Part shown: positions 49,778 through 58,292 of the stretch, piece after piece
How positions within the stretch are numbered: position 1 is the first letter of the stretch
Layout of the letters: each line of letters opens with the position of its first letter
Assembly (NCBI GenBank): GCA_041650695.1
Contig: JBAZKS010000020.1
Location: forward strand, 9,364-73,363
From: Elusimicrobiota bacterium
GTDB lineage: Bacteria > Elusimicrobiota > Elusimicrobia > UBA1565
Reading direction: 5' to 3'
DNA length: 64,000 bases
The notes under the pieces: generated by a model
Told to the model about the DNA's origin: nothing
The model's input: the letters and a program-made list of their open reading frames with translations, nothing else
Database searches by the model: none
Position numbers and translations under genes: made by a program

Positions 49778-50848
49778 ATGAGAGCGCTCCTGCTCGTCCT
49801 GCTCCTCATCCCGAGCCGCCTCTATACCCAGACCCTCACCGGCCAGGTCGGCGTCCAGGGCGTGACTCCGCTCGGCCAGCTCGGCAGCATACTCACCGCG
49901 ACCCTGCCGAACCTCTCGAACCAAGGGCTGAGCCCCGGCTCCATGGATGTGAGCCTCAAGGGGACCTTGGCCGAGGTCAAGGCTCAGACCCCCGTGGGGC
50001 TCGACCCGGTGAAGGCGGCGATACTCGTCGAGAGGGCCAAGGAGATATCCGCGCCGCAGCAGCCCGCTGTTTCCGAAAAGAAAGGCGTCCAGGAAGTGCT
50101 GGTCGCGGTGAACTCGGTCCTCAAGGACATCCCGGCGGACGAGCTCAAGTCCATGCCCGCGGAGAAGCTCCACGGTTTGGCCGGGCTCATCATGGACCAG
50201 ATGCGGCCCGGAGCCGAGGATCACGCGGTCGAGCCGGTGCGGCAGCTGAGCCAGGCGAACTTCGCCCGCGTGCGCTCGCTCCTGGGCAAACCCATGAAGG
50301 AGACTTGGCTCAACCCTGGGGTGAGCGAGAACCATCTGCAGGAATGGTCCGTGGAGGGGATCCCCGACGGGGTCAAGGTCGTACCCGCTCCCGAGAACAT
50401 AGTGTTCCGGCACTATACCACCGAGGAGGGGCAGGGACGGATCAGCAAGCTCAAGAGGCTTTGGAACGGTTTCCTGAGCTATGTCCAGCTCGCTCCCGGA
50501 CTCTACCGGAAATACTTCAAGGACCTGACCGGAGTGTTCCTGACCGTGCCGGGAGTCCGCGGGTCCGAGGTGGGAGTGCCCGAAGGCCAGTTCCCCGCGT
50601 ACGTGGACCTGCGCATCCCGGCCGGCTTCCCCCTGCTCGAGATCGAGCCGGGCAAGATCTTCCTCATCCCCATGCCGGGCCGCACGCGCGACTGGGTCAG
50701 GAGCTACTACATGCGTTGGCTCAACGGCGAGGCCGTCGGGTCCGGCTACGATACGATGGTGAAGAAAGTGGACTCGGAAGGCGGCCCAGGGCCGGCGCTC
50801 TCCGTGCCCATCGAGATCGTCGGGCAGGGGAAGGCGCGCGAGGACTGA
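49778..50848 (+). CDS. Secreted hypothetical protein; C-terminal half weakly reminiscent of H-Y-[ED] ADP-ribosyltransferase folds
   Basis: Signal peptide MRALLLVLLLIPSRLYTQT. The C-terminal region has VFRHYTTEEGQGRI, TGVFLTVPG, FPAYVDLRIP and LLEIEPGKIF. The functional idea is speculative. Confidence 0.55.
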   Translation: MRALLLVLLLIPSRLYTQTLTGQVGVQGVTPLGQLGSILTATLPNLSNQGLSPGSMDVSLKGTLAEVKAQTPVGLDPVKAAILVERAKEISAPQQPAVSEKKGVQEVLVAVNSVLKDIPADELKSMPAEKLHGLAGLIMDQMRPGAEDHAVEPVRQLSQANFARVRSLLGKPMKETWLNPGVSENHLQEWSVEGIPDGVKVVPAPENIVFRHYTTEEGQGRISKLKRLWNGFLSYVQLAPGLYRKYFKDLTGVFLTVPGVRGSEVGVPEGQFPAYVDLRIPAGFPLLEIEPGKIFLIPMPGRTRDWVRSYYMRWLNGEAVGSGYDTMVKKVDSEGGPGPALSVPIEIVGQGKARED

Positions 50849-50883
50849 TTCCGCCGCGTTTCTCAGCGGTTTTTTTAACGGTA

Positions 50884-50912
50884 TTGACTCCGGTTAAAAT
50901 ACCGCGTAAAAT
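50884..50912 (+). promoter_or_regulatory. Strong sigma70-type promoter TTGACT-17-TAAAAT predicting a leaderless mRNA
   Basis: TTGACT (50884-50889) is followed by a 17-nt spacer and TAAAAT (50907-50912). ATG 50919 begins 7 nt after the -10, with no SD. A T7 run (50870-50876) precedes it and may terminate the upstream gene. Confidence 0.6.
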
Positions 50913-50918
50913 AACCGC

Positions 50919-52070
50919 ATGATTACGAGAGCCTTGGCCCGGACTCTCGATCGCTCGAAGAAGAGCATCCTGCTGCTCGGACCGCGCCAGACGGGGAAGT
51001 CCACGCTCGTATCGAGCCTTCGACCCGATATCGTCGTCGACCTCGCACACGAGGCGACCTTCCTCGAGTTCCTGCGCAATCCGTTGGAACTCGATCAAAG
51101 ATTGGAGGCGCGAAAGGGGACCGCCACGGTCTTCATCGACGAGGTGCAGCGGCTGCCCGGATTATTGAACACTGTGCAGGCCCTGCTGGACCGCCAGCGA
51201 GGAGGGCTGAAGTTCTACCTCACCGGCTCAAGCGCCAGGAAGCTCCGGCGGGGCCGAGCGAATCTCCTGCCTGGGCGCATCCATTCCTATTCTCTGGGCC
51301 CGCTCACCTGCGGCGAATTGGGCTATGCGATGGATGTCCGGAAAGCGCTAGCCTTCGGTACCCTCCCCGGGATCTGGACGGATGAAGACGAGTCGTCCCG
51401 CCGGAAGACGCTGAGGTCGTATGCCGCGACGTACCTGAAAGAGGAGGTGCAGGCCGAGAATCTGGCCAGGAACCTGGAGGGGTTCGCCCGATTCCTCTAC
51501 GCGGCGGCGGAGGATTCCGGCCGATTCCTTGATCTGTCGAAGCTCGCGTCCATCTCCCAGGTCCCGCGGCAGTCGGCGGTCCGGTTCTTCGAGGTCCTCG
51601 AGGACTGCCTCCTGGTCCGGAGGCTCGACCCCTTTGGGACGCAGGGACGCAGGCGGCTCGTCCAGCACCCGAGGTATTTCTTCTTCGACTGCGGCGTCCT
51701 CAACGGCCTGTTGGGGAATTTCGAAGTTTCCGGGGACCGGCTCGGCCGTTTGTTCGAGCATCTCGTTTGCAGTCAGATATTCGATTGCGCGGCTTCTCGG
51801 GACCAGGAGATCCGGCTCAGCAGCTATCGGACGGAGCATGGAGCCGAGGTCGACTTCATCTTCGAGCGGGGATCCGAGCTGTGCGCTCTCGAGGTCAAGG
51901 CCTCGAAGACGGTCCGCAGCGAGGAGTTGAGTGGCCTGCGCAGCTTCCGCGAATATCACGGGCGCAGACACCGTCAATGGGTGCTCTATCTCGGCGATGT
52001 CCGCAAGAACTTCGGCGCGGTCGAGGTCTGGCCGTGGCAGGAGGGGCTCAAGGAACTATTCAGCCGCTGA
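50919..52070 (+). CDS. AAA_14/DUF4143-type ATPase
   Basis: Walker A LLLGPRQTGKST and Walker B VFIDEVQ are present. The C-terminal region is typical of DUF4143 proteins (HLVCSQI...YRTEHGAEVDFIFE...ALEVKAS). Confidence 0.8.
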   Translation: MITRALARTLDRSKKSILLLGPRQTGKSTLVSSLRPDIVVDLAHEATFLEFLRNPLELDQRLEARKGTATVFIDEVQRLPGLLNTVQALLDRQRGGLKFYLTGSSARKLRRGRANLLPGRIHSYSLGPLTCGELGYAMDVRKALAFGTLPGIWTDEDESSRRKTLRSYAATYLKEEVQAENLARNLEGFARFLYAAAEDSGRFLDLSKLASISQVPRQSAVRFFEVLEDCLLVRRLDPFGTQGRRRLVQHPRYFFFDCGVLNGLLGNFEVSGDRLGRLFEHLVCSQIFDCAASRDQEIRLSSYRTEHGAEVDFIFERGSELCALEVKASKTVRSEELSGLRSFREYHGRRHRQWVLYLGDVRKNFGAVEVWPWQEGLKELFSR

Positions 52071-52204
52071 AAGTCCGGCAAGGGTTCGAATGTCATGCGG
52101 TCAAGGTCCTGCGTGGAGCTGTAGGCCAATAGGCCCTTCGACCCACTTTCAGCTAGGCCCAAGGGACATTAACGTCGCGGCGTCCTCCGCCTATCCTATG
52201 CGTG

Positions 52205-53101
52205 ATGACCTGCACCGTCACAATCATCGCGCTCTGGACCGCGGGGAGCGCGCACGCCTACCTGGCTTCCGAGCCCGGAGAGTCCCCGCGCGAGATCACC
52301 ACGGTCAGCGAGCTCCAGAACTACTACAAGGACAAGCCTGAGCTGGCCCAGGAATGGAAGGAGCTTCAGAAGGCCATCCAATCCCAGAAGCCTCCGGAAG
52401 AGGAGGCTCCCAAGGAAGAGCGCAAGGCCGTGGACGCTCTGCCCGAGCCGGAGAAGCAGGAGCCCCCGCCGGAGGAGCAGTCCTTGGGCAAGAAAGAGAC
52501 CGGTCCGACGTCCGAGGCTGCCATGGGACAGCTCAAGGAACTCGACAGGGGTCAGGCCAAGACCGAGGCCCCGGCCGTGGACGAGGGCCGCGAGATCCCG
52601 GTCCCTCCCGGAGCGGCGCCCAAGACCCCGGAGCAGCAGATCCGCGAGAAGATCGAGAAGATCGCGCGCGCCAAAGCCCAGGATGCACGCGCCTACGAGC
52701 TCTACGTGGCCGGGCTGACGGATACTTATTTCAACAAGGAGAAGCTCGGCGGCGAGTACACGGGCAAGGTCCAAGCCGCGACCCGGGCGCACATCGAGGG
52801 TCTCGAGGTCGACCAGTTCCCCACCATGGAGTTCGGAAGCGTGCCGCAGGGAGCCGCGGCCACCTGGGAGGGGGGCGAGTCGAACGGGACCGGCGCGCAC
52901 ATCACCATGGGGGAGTTCCTGGAGACCGCCTCGAAAGGCACCAAGCGCATCTGGGACCATGAGTTCAACGGCCATGACCGGGACGCGAAGAAGGGGGACG
53001 GGACGCCCCTCGGAGTCAATCCCACCGGAGACGTCGAGAAGATCGCCTACGACACCATGGGCTGCTTCGTGGGTCTGGGCGGCACGGACTGCAAGCGCTA
53101 G
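52205..53101 (+). CDS. Secreted hypothetical protein with C-terminal HExxH motif
   Basis: Signal peptide MTCTVTIIALWTAGSAHA, then a Glu/Lys/Pro-rich linker. The C-terminal ~110 aa contain IWDHEFNGHDRD (HExxH). No family could be assigned by eye. Confidence 0.6.
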   Translation: MTCTVTIIALWTAGSAHAYLASEPGESPREITTVSELQNYYKDKPELAQEWKELQKAIQSQKPPEEEAPKEERKAVDALPEPEKQEPPPEEQSLGKKETGPTSEAAMGQLKELDRGQAKTEAPAVDEGREIPVPPGAAPKTPEQQIREKIEKIARAKAQDARAYELYVAGLTDTYFNKEKLGGEYTGKVQAATRAHIEGLEVDQFPTMEFGSVPQGAAATWEGGESNGTGAHITMGEFLETASKGTKRIWDHEFNGHDRDAKKGDGTPLGVNPTGDVEKIAYDTMGCFVGLGGTDCKR

Positions 53102-53108
53102 CCTACTG

Positions 53109-53137
53109 TTGAAAACGTAACATCCATTTGTTATTCT
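53109..53137 (+). promoter_or_regulatory. Sigma70-type promoter TTGAAA-17-TATTCT for tRNA-Val (and probably thrS)
   Basis: TTGAAA (53109-53114) is followed by a 17-nt spacer and TATTCT (53132-53137). The tRNA 5' end lies 24 nt downstream. Confidence 0.55.
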
Positions 53138-53160
53138 CTCCGCGGGTCGCATACGATCAC

Positions 53161-53235
53161 GCCCAGTTGGCGCAGTGGTAGCGCGCTCCCTTGACATGGG
53201 AGAGGTCGTAGGTTCAAATCCTACACTGGGCACCA
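53161..53235 (+). tRNA. tRNA-Val (anticodon GAC), CCA encoded
   Basis: GCCCAGTTGGCGCAGTGGTAGCGCGCTCCCTTGACATGGGAGAGGTCGTAGGTTCAAATCCTACACTGGGCACCA has acceptor GCCCAGT/ACTGGGC, D arm GCGC/GCGC, anticodon stem CTCCC/GGGAG with loop TTGACAT, and T arm GTAGG-TTCAAAT-CCTAC. Confidence 0.95.
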
Positions 53236-53243
53236 TTTTTATC

Positions 53244-55010
53244 ATGAAAGAAAACGATAAATCCAAAGAAGCTCTAGAGGCATTGCGGCACTCCACCTCC
53301 CATGTTATGGCCCAGGCCGTCCAGGAACTCTTCCCGGGGACAAAGATCGCCATCGGCCCGGTCATCGAGGACGGCTTCTACTACGATTTCGACTCCGAGC
53401 ACCGGTTCACGGAAGAGGACTTCCCCGCGATCGAGAAGCGCATGCGCCAGATCGCGGAGGGCAATCACGCCCTCGTCCGAAAGGATATCGGCCGCGAGCA
53501 GTCCAAGGAGTTCTGGCGCTCCAAGAACGAGACCTACAAGCTCGAGCTTCTCGAGGAGCTGCCGGAGGCGGTCTCCCACTACGAGCAGGACGGCTTCCAG
53601 GACCTCTGCCGCGGCCCGCACGTGGAGAACACGCGGGCCATACGCCATTTCAAGCTGCTCACCGTGGCCGGGGCGTACTGGCGCGGCAGCGAGAAGAACA
53701 AGATGCTCCAGCGCATCTACGGCACGGCCTGGAACACGAAGGAAGAGCTCACGGCCCACCTCAAGATGCTCGAGGAAGCCAAGAAGCGGGACCACCGCAA
53801 GCTCGGCCCGGAGCTCGACCTCTTCAGCATCCAGGACGAGGCCGGGCCCGGTCTCATCTTCTGGCATCCCAAAGGGGCGCTGCTGCGCCGCATCATCGAG
53901 GATTGGGAGGTGGGGGAGCTCCTCAAGCGGGGCTATCAGCTCGCCGCCACGCCGCACGTGATGCGCCTGGACCTCTGGAAGACGAGCGGCCACAGCGAAT
54001 TCTTCTCGGCCAACATGTTCCAGCCCATGGAGGTCGAGGAGGCGAAGTATCAGCTCAAGCCCATGAACTGCCCGGGCCATATCCTCATCTACAAGAGCCG
54101 TCTGCGCTCCTACCGGGAACTGCCGCTGCGCATGGCGGAGATGGGGACCGTGTACCGGTACGAGCGCAGCGGAGTGCTGCATGGGCTGCTGCGGGTCAGG
54201 GGCTTCACCCAGGATGACGCCCATATCTTCTGCACCCCGGAGCAGATCGACGACGAGGTCGCCGGGTGCGTGCAGTTCTCCATGGACCTTCTGAAGACGT
54301 TCGGCTTCACTGAATTCAAGATCGAACTCTCCACCTGCGACCAGTCGCACCCCGAAGCATCCGCCGGATCCCCGGAGCAGTGGGACCAGGCCCAGGGAGC
54401 GCTGGAGGGGACGCTCCGGCGCATGGGCCTGGAGTACAAGATCATGCCGGGCGAGGCCGCTTTCTACGGGCCGAAGGTGGACATCAAGCTGGTGGACGCC
54501 TTGGGCCGCGCGTGGCAGCTGTCCACGATCCAATTCGATTTCAATCTTCCGAAGCGGTTCGGGATCGAGTACGTGGCCAAGGACGGGGCAAGGCGTCAGC
54601 CTCTGATGGTGCATCGTACCCTGCTCGGCTCCATGGAGCGTTTCTTCGGCATCCTGATCGAGCAGTACTCGGGGAGGTTCCCGCTCTGGCTCGCGCCCGT
54701 CCAGGTGAAGGTCCTGACGCTGACGGAGAAGCAGGACGGCTCGGCCCAGGAGTTCGCGAAGAAGCTGCGGGAGGCGGGCTTGAGGCCCGAGCTCGACCTC
54801 CGCAACGAGAAGATCGGCCACAAGGTCCGGGACGCGACGCTCGAGCGCGTCCCCTACCAGGTCGTGATCGGGCCGCGCGACGTGGAGGCCGGCACGCTGA
54901 GCGTGCGGCTGGCTTCCGGCAAGCAGCTCCAGGGGCTCGATCCCGCCCAGTTCGTGGCGCGCCTGGGCGAGGAAGTCGCGCAAAAGAGGACCGCCAGCAT
55001 ACTCGTATGA
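53244..55010 (+). CDS. thrS: Threonine--tRNA ligase lacking the N-terminal TGS domain
   Basis: ATG 53244; track ORF 53175 starts inside tRNA-Val. The sequence begins at the editing domain: RHSTSHVMAQAV..IAIGPVIEDGFYYDF aligns to E. coli residues from about 66. Class II motifs are present (KPMNCPGH, FTQDDAHIF), followed by the anticodon-binding domain. Confidence 0.95.
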   Translation: MKENDKSKEALEALRHSTSHVMAQAVQELFPGTKIAIGPVIEDGFYYDFDSEHRFTEEDFPAIEKRMRQIAEGNHALVRKDIGREQSKEFWRSKNETYKLELLEELPEAVSHYEQDGFQDLCRGPHVENTRAIRHFKLLTVAGAYWRGSEKNKMLQRIYGTAWNTKEELTAHLKMLEEAKKRDHRKLGPELDLFSIQDEAGPGLIFWHPKGALLRRIIEDWEVGELLKRGYQLAATPHVMRLDLWKTSGHSEFFSANMFQPMEVEEAKYQLKPMNCPGHILIYKSRLRSYRELPLRMAEMGTVYRYERSGVLHGLLRVRGFTQDDAHIFCTPEQIDDEVAGCVQFSMDLLKTFGFTEFKIELSTCDQSHPEASAGSPEQWDQAQGALEGTLRRMGLEYKIMPGEAAFYGPKVDIKLVDALGRAWQLSTIQFDFNLPKRFGIEYVAKDGARRQPLMVHRTLLGSMERFFGILIEQYSGRFPLWLAPVQVKVLTLTEKQDGSAQEFAKKLREAGLRPELDLRNEKIGHKVRDATLERVPYQVVIGPRDVEAGTLSVRLASGKQLQGLDPAQFVARLGEEVAQKRTASILV

Positions 55011-58000
55011 GAGATCTCCTTCCAGCCGTGCTCACCCTGACCCTGCTCGCGCAGGGAGCTTCGGCCGCGCGAGGGGACATCCCCGCGGCGGCGGAGAGGC
55101 GGGCGACCGAGGACGAGCTCTTCGAGTCCGGCTGCCAGCTCTTCCGCGAGACGACGGGGGACAAGGTCGCCGCGATCAAGGCCTTCGAGCGGTATCTGCA
55201 GGAGTTCGAGGACAGCCGACGCGCGGCCGACGCCCAGTTCATGGTCGGCGAGGCCTACCTGGACCAGGCGCTCAAGATCCTGGTCAAGGAGGCGGAGTCC
55301 AAGAAGACCAAGACCGACCGCCTCATGTCGCCCAAGAACACGGCGGCCGTCAATTCGCTGAACCTCGCGCGCGACGCCTTCGAGAAGGTCGTGGCCAACG
55401 CGAGCAAGAAAGACCCCGGCCTGCGCGCTTCGGCCCAGTACCGCCTCGGCGAGGTCGCCTACAACGCCAAGGATTGGGGCCAGGCCATCGAGGGCTGGCG
55501 CGGGATCGAGAAAGACTTCCACATGTCGTACATCGTGCCCGAGGCCTGGATGGGGATCATCTTCGCGAACTTGGCCTTGGAGCAGTTCGCCCTGGCCGAG
55601 TCGAACCTCTTCCTCCTGGGCGAAGCCTATCCCCACTACCTCAAGGTCCCGGAGGTGCAGTACGCGCAGGGCATCGTTTCCCTGCACAAGGGCGACTACA
55701 CCAACGCCGAGGCCGCGTTCAAGAGGGTGAACTCGGCCGAGGCCCAGTTCTACCTGGGCAAGACCTACCTGCTCTCCAAGCGCCCGTACCTGGCGGCGGC
55801 CGCGTTCGAGCGGATCACCCGGGACTTCCCGGATTCCATCCTGCGCGAGGAGACCGAGTTCTTCATCGGGGATTCCTTCTTCCTCGCCAAGGACTTCGAC
55901 GGGGCGATCACGAAGTATCAGCGCTTCCTCATGAAATACCCGGAGTCCCAGCTCCGGGTCTCCACCCTCTTCCGCATCGGCTCCTCCCATTTTCAGAAGA
56001 AGAACTACATGGAGGCCCGGGCGCACTTCCAATCGGTCATCGACCGCTACCCGACAGACTTCTTCGCTCCCCTGGCCCAGTACTTCATCGCGGAGTCGTA
56101 CCTGGTGGACAACCAGTTCCGCGAGGCCCTCTTCGCCTACACCAAGGTGATCACCCAGCACCCCGAGACCATCAAGATCTCGCCCATGGCGCACTACAAG
56201 CTCGCCTGGGCGCAGTACCAGGTGAACGACTACGCCCAGGCGGCCCAGACCTGCCGGAACTTCCTGTCCCTCTACCCGACGAACGCCCTCGCCAAGAACG
56301 TCTACCTGCTTTTGGGCAACGCCCTGCTCGAGCTCAAGCGCTACGACGACGCCGTCACCGCGTTCCAGCGGGTCATCGACCTGGCCCCCACCTCGGACGT
56401 GGCCGAGCAGTCCCTTCTGACCATCCTGCGGGTGGCGCACTCCCGCAAGGACTACAACTCGATCCTCACCTCGTACCAGTTCATCTTCCGCCACCTGCCC
56501 CCCTCGCAGTCGAAGTGGCGGCCCTTGAGCTACCTCTACGCGGCCGAGGCGTACCTGGCGCTCAACCGCGTGGACGAGGCGAAGGCCATCTACGAGATGG
56601 TCATGAAGGTCTATCCCAACGATCAGGCCGCCTTCTACGCGCAGGACGGGCTGGCCTGGACCCACTCCATGATGGGCAACGACGACCGCGCCCTGTCCGA
56701 GCGGCAGAAGCTCAAGGACATGATGCGGCTGGCTCGGACGACCTACACCTTCTCCGGCACCAACGAGCTCGGCATCGCCGACAGCATGTACAACCGGAAG
56801 GAGTACGAGGACGCCTACCAGCTCTACGACAAGTTCGCGGCGGAAAACCCCAACGGCCCCCGCGCGCCGGAGGCGCTCTATCGCTCCGGGATGGCTCTCT
56901 ACCACCTGAGGTACTACACGCAGGCCATCGAGACCTGGACCAAGCTGCGCGAGACCTATCCGAAGTCCCCCGAGGCCGGCAAGGCGGAGTACCAGATCGG
57001 GGACACGCTCTTCCGCGCCCAGAAGTACGCCGAGTCCGCGGAGCAGTACAAGCGCATCATCCAGCTCTATCCGCAGTCGGACCAGCTCCCCCTGGCCCGC
57101 CTGCGCGTGGCCATGTCCTACTACAACGCCCTCGACGACGCCGCCACGCTCAGCGCGGCGCTGGGTCTGCTCTCGAAGTACCCGGACGCCCCCGAGGCCA
57201 CCGACGCCCTGGACCTCATGGAGACGGTCTACGACCGCAGCAAGACCGCGGATTTCCGCAAGTCCCTCGGCGCCGTGATCGACGCCGTGCCCGGATCGGC
57301 GGTGGCGGGAGAGGCGCGCTTCCGCATCGGGCGGCGTCTCTTCGAGATGAAGGAGTACGTGGAGGCCGCCGCCGAGTTCCAGAAGTTCAGCGTGGACTAC
57401 ACCGGCAACCCGAAGCTCAAGAAGGCGCAGTTCCTGCTGGGCGAGTCCTATTTCAACGCGGAGAAGCATCCCGACGCGATCCTGGCCTTCGGGCGCTTCC
57501 TGGAGAACTTCCCCAAGAGCGAGGACACGGCCCTGGCCCTTTTCCATCTCGCCACCGCGTACTACAACGCGAAGCAGTACGAGGCCGCGACGACGAACTA
57601 CAAACGGCTCCTGGACGAGTACCCCGAATCAGAGTACGGGAAAGCCGCGCAGTTCAACCTGGCCATGGTCTACAAAGCCGAGGGCAAGCTGGCCGAGGCG
57701 CAGGAGGCCTACGCCCGCTACGTCATCCTGGCGGGGCCCGGCGATAAGACGGCCAAGGCGGCCCTCTGGGAGGTGTTCGGGCTCCAGAAGGACCGCAAAC
57801 AGTACACGGCGGCCCTCGAGACCCTGGGACGGATCCTGGAGGGGGAGCCCGCCGAGGAAGACCTCTTCGAGGCCAACTACCGCCGCGGCGAGATCCACAT
57901 CCTCATGAACCAGCCCGACGACGCGGTGCGCTCCTGGGAGGGAGTCGTGGCGCTGACGCCTAAGAACAACCCGTATCGCCTCAAGGCTCTCATCGACCTG

Positions 58001-58291
58001 GGCCAGGCGTACGAGAAGAGCCAGGAATACTCCAAGGCCGCGGGGATCTACTCCGACCTTGCGGCCAACGCCAGCACCAAGCCGATGGCGGACGCGGCGC
58101 GGGAGCGCGCGGAGATATGCCGCAAGCAGACCAAGGCTCCCCCGAAACAGGAGGCCGCTCCGGGAGAGGAGGGACGCAAGACCCAGGTCATGCCGGAGGA
58201 CAAGCCCGCGGCTCCCGCTCCCGCCAAGAAGAAGGGGAAAGGCAAAGAGTCCTCTCCCCCGCAGAAGATCAACATCCCTGGGATGAACTGA
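55007..58291 (+). CDS. Giant periplasmic TPR-repeat protein (about 1094 aa, YbgF/CpoB-like repeats)
   Basis: ATGA overlap with the thrS stop. Signal peptide MRDLLPAVLTLTLLAQGASA. YbgF-type TPR units recur throughout (A..A.Y.LGE.Y....Y..A...F..V...YP.S...P.A.Y.LA). The tail is Lys/Pro-rich. Confidence 0.85.
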   Translation: MRDLLPAVLTLTLLAQGASAARGDIPAAAERRATEDELFESGCQLFRETTGDKVAAIKAFERYLQEFEDSRRAADAQFMVGEAYLDQALKILVKEAESKKTKTDRLMSPKNTAAVNSLNLARDAFEKVVANASKKDPGLRASAQYRLGEVAYNAKDWGQAIEGWRGIEKDFHMSYIVPEAWMGIIFANLALEQFALAESNLFLLGEAYPHYLKVPEVQYAQGIVSLHKGDYTNAEAAFKRVNSAEAQFYLGKTYLLSKRPYLAAAAFERITRDFPDSILREETEFFIGDSFFLAKDFDGAITKYQRFLMKYPESQLRVSTLFRIGSSHFQKKNYMEARAHFQSVIDRYPTDFFAPLAQYFIAESYLVDNQFREALFAYTKVITQHPETIKISPMAHYKLAWAQYQVNDYAQAAQTCRNFLSLYPTNALAKNVYLLLGNALLELKRYDDAVTAFQRVIDLAPTSDVAEQSLLTILRVAHSRKDYNSILTSYQFIFRHLPPSQSKWRPLSYLYAAEAYLALNRVDEAKAIYEMVMKVYPNDQAAFYAQDGLAWTHSMMGNDDRALSERQKLKDMMRLARTTYTFSGTNELGIADSMYNRKEYEDAYQLYDKFAAENPNGPRAPEALYRSGMALYHLRYYTQAIETWTKLRETYPKSPEAGKAEYQIGDTLFRAQKYAESAEQYKRIIQLYPQSDQLPLARLRVAMSYYNALDDAATLSAALGLLSKYPDAPEATDALDLMETVYDRSKTADFRKSLGAVIDAVPGSAVAGEARFRIGRRLFEMKEYVEAAAEFQKFSVDYTGNPKLKKAQFLLGESYFNAEKHPDAILAFGRFLENFPKSEDTALALFHLATAYYNAKQYEAATTNYKRLLDEYPESEYGKAAQFNLAMVYKAEGKLAEAQEAYARYVILAGPGDKTAKAALWEVFGLQKDRKQYTAALETLGRILEGEPAEEDLFEANYRRGEIHILMNQPDDAVRSWEGVVALTPKNNPYRLKALIDLGQAYEKSQEYSKAAGIYSDLAANASTKPMADAARERAEICRKQTKAPPKQEAAPGEEGRKTQVMPEDKPAAPAPAKKKGKGKESSPPQKINIPGMN

Positions 58292-58292
58292 C

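Noticed and set aside
50850-50880. Intrinsic terminator after the 49778-50848 gene (T7 run at 50870-50876).
   Set aside because: Only a 4-bp stem (CCGC/GCGG) precedes the T-run. That is too weak to list as a terminator feature, so it is mentioned only under the adjacent promoter.
52085-52110. GGGTTCGAAT string resembling a tRNA T-arm (a possible att-site fragment or tRNA pseudogene) between the DUF4143 ATPase and the HExxH protein.
   Set aside because: Flanking bases do not form a T stem or acceptor stem. The match to the tRNA-Tyr 3' part is only about 11 nt with an indel, which is compatible with chance.
53175-53243. N-terminal extension of thrS given by the ORF track (start 53175).
   Set aside because: These codons lie inside the tRNA-Val gene (53161-53235). 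The ThrRS homology starts only after ATG 53244.
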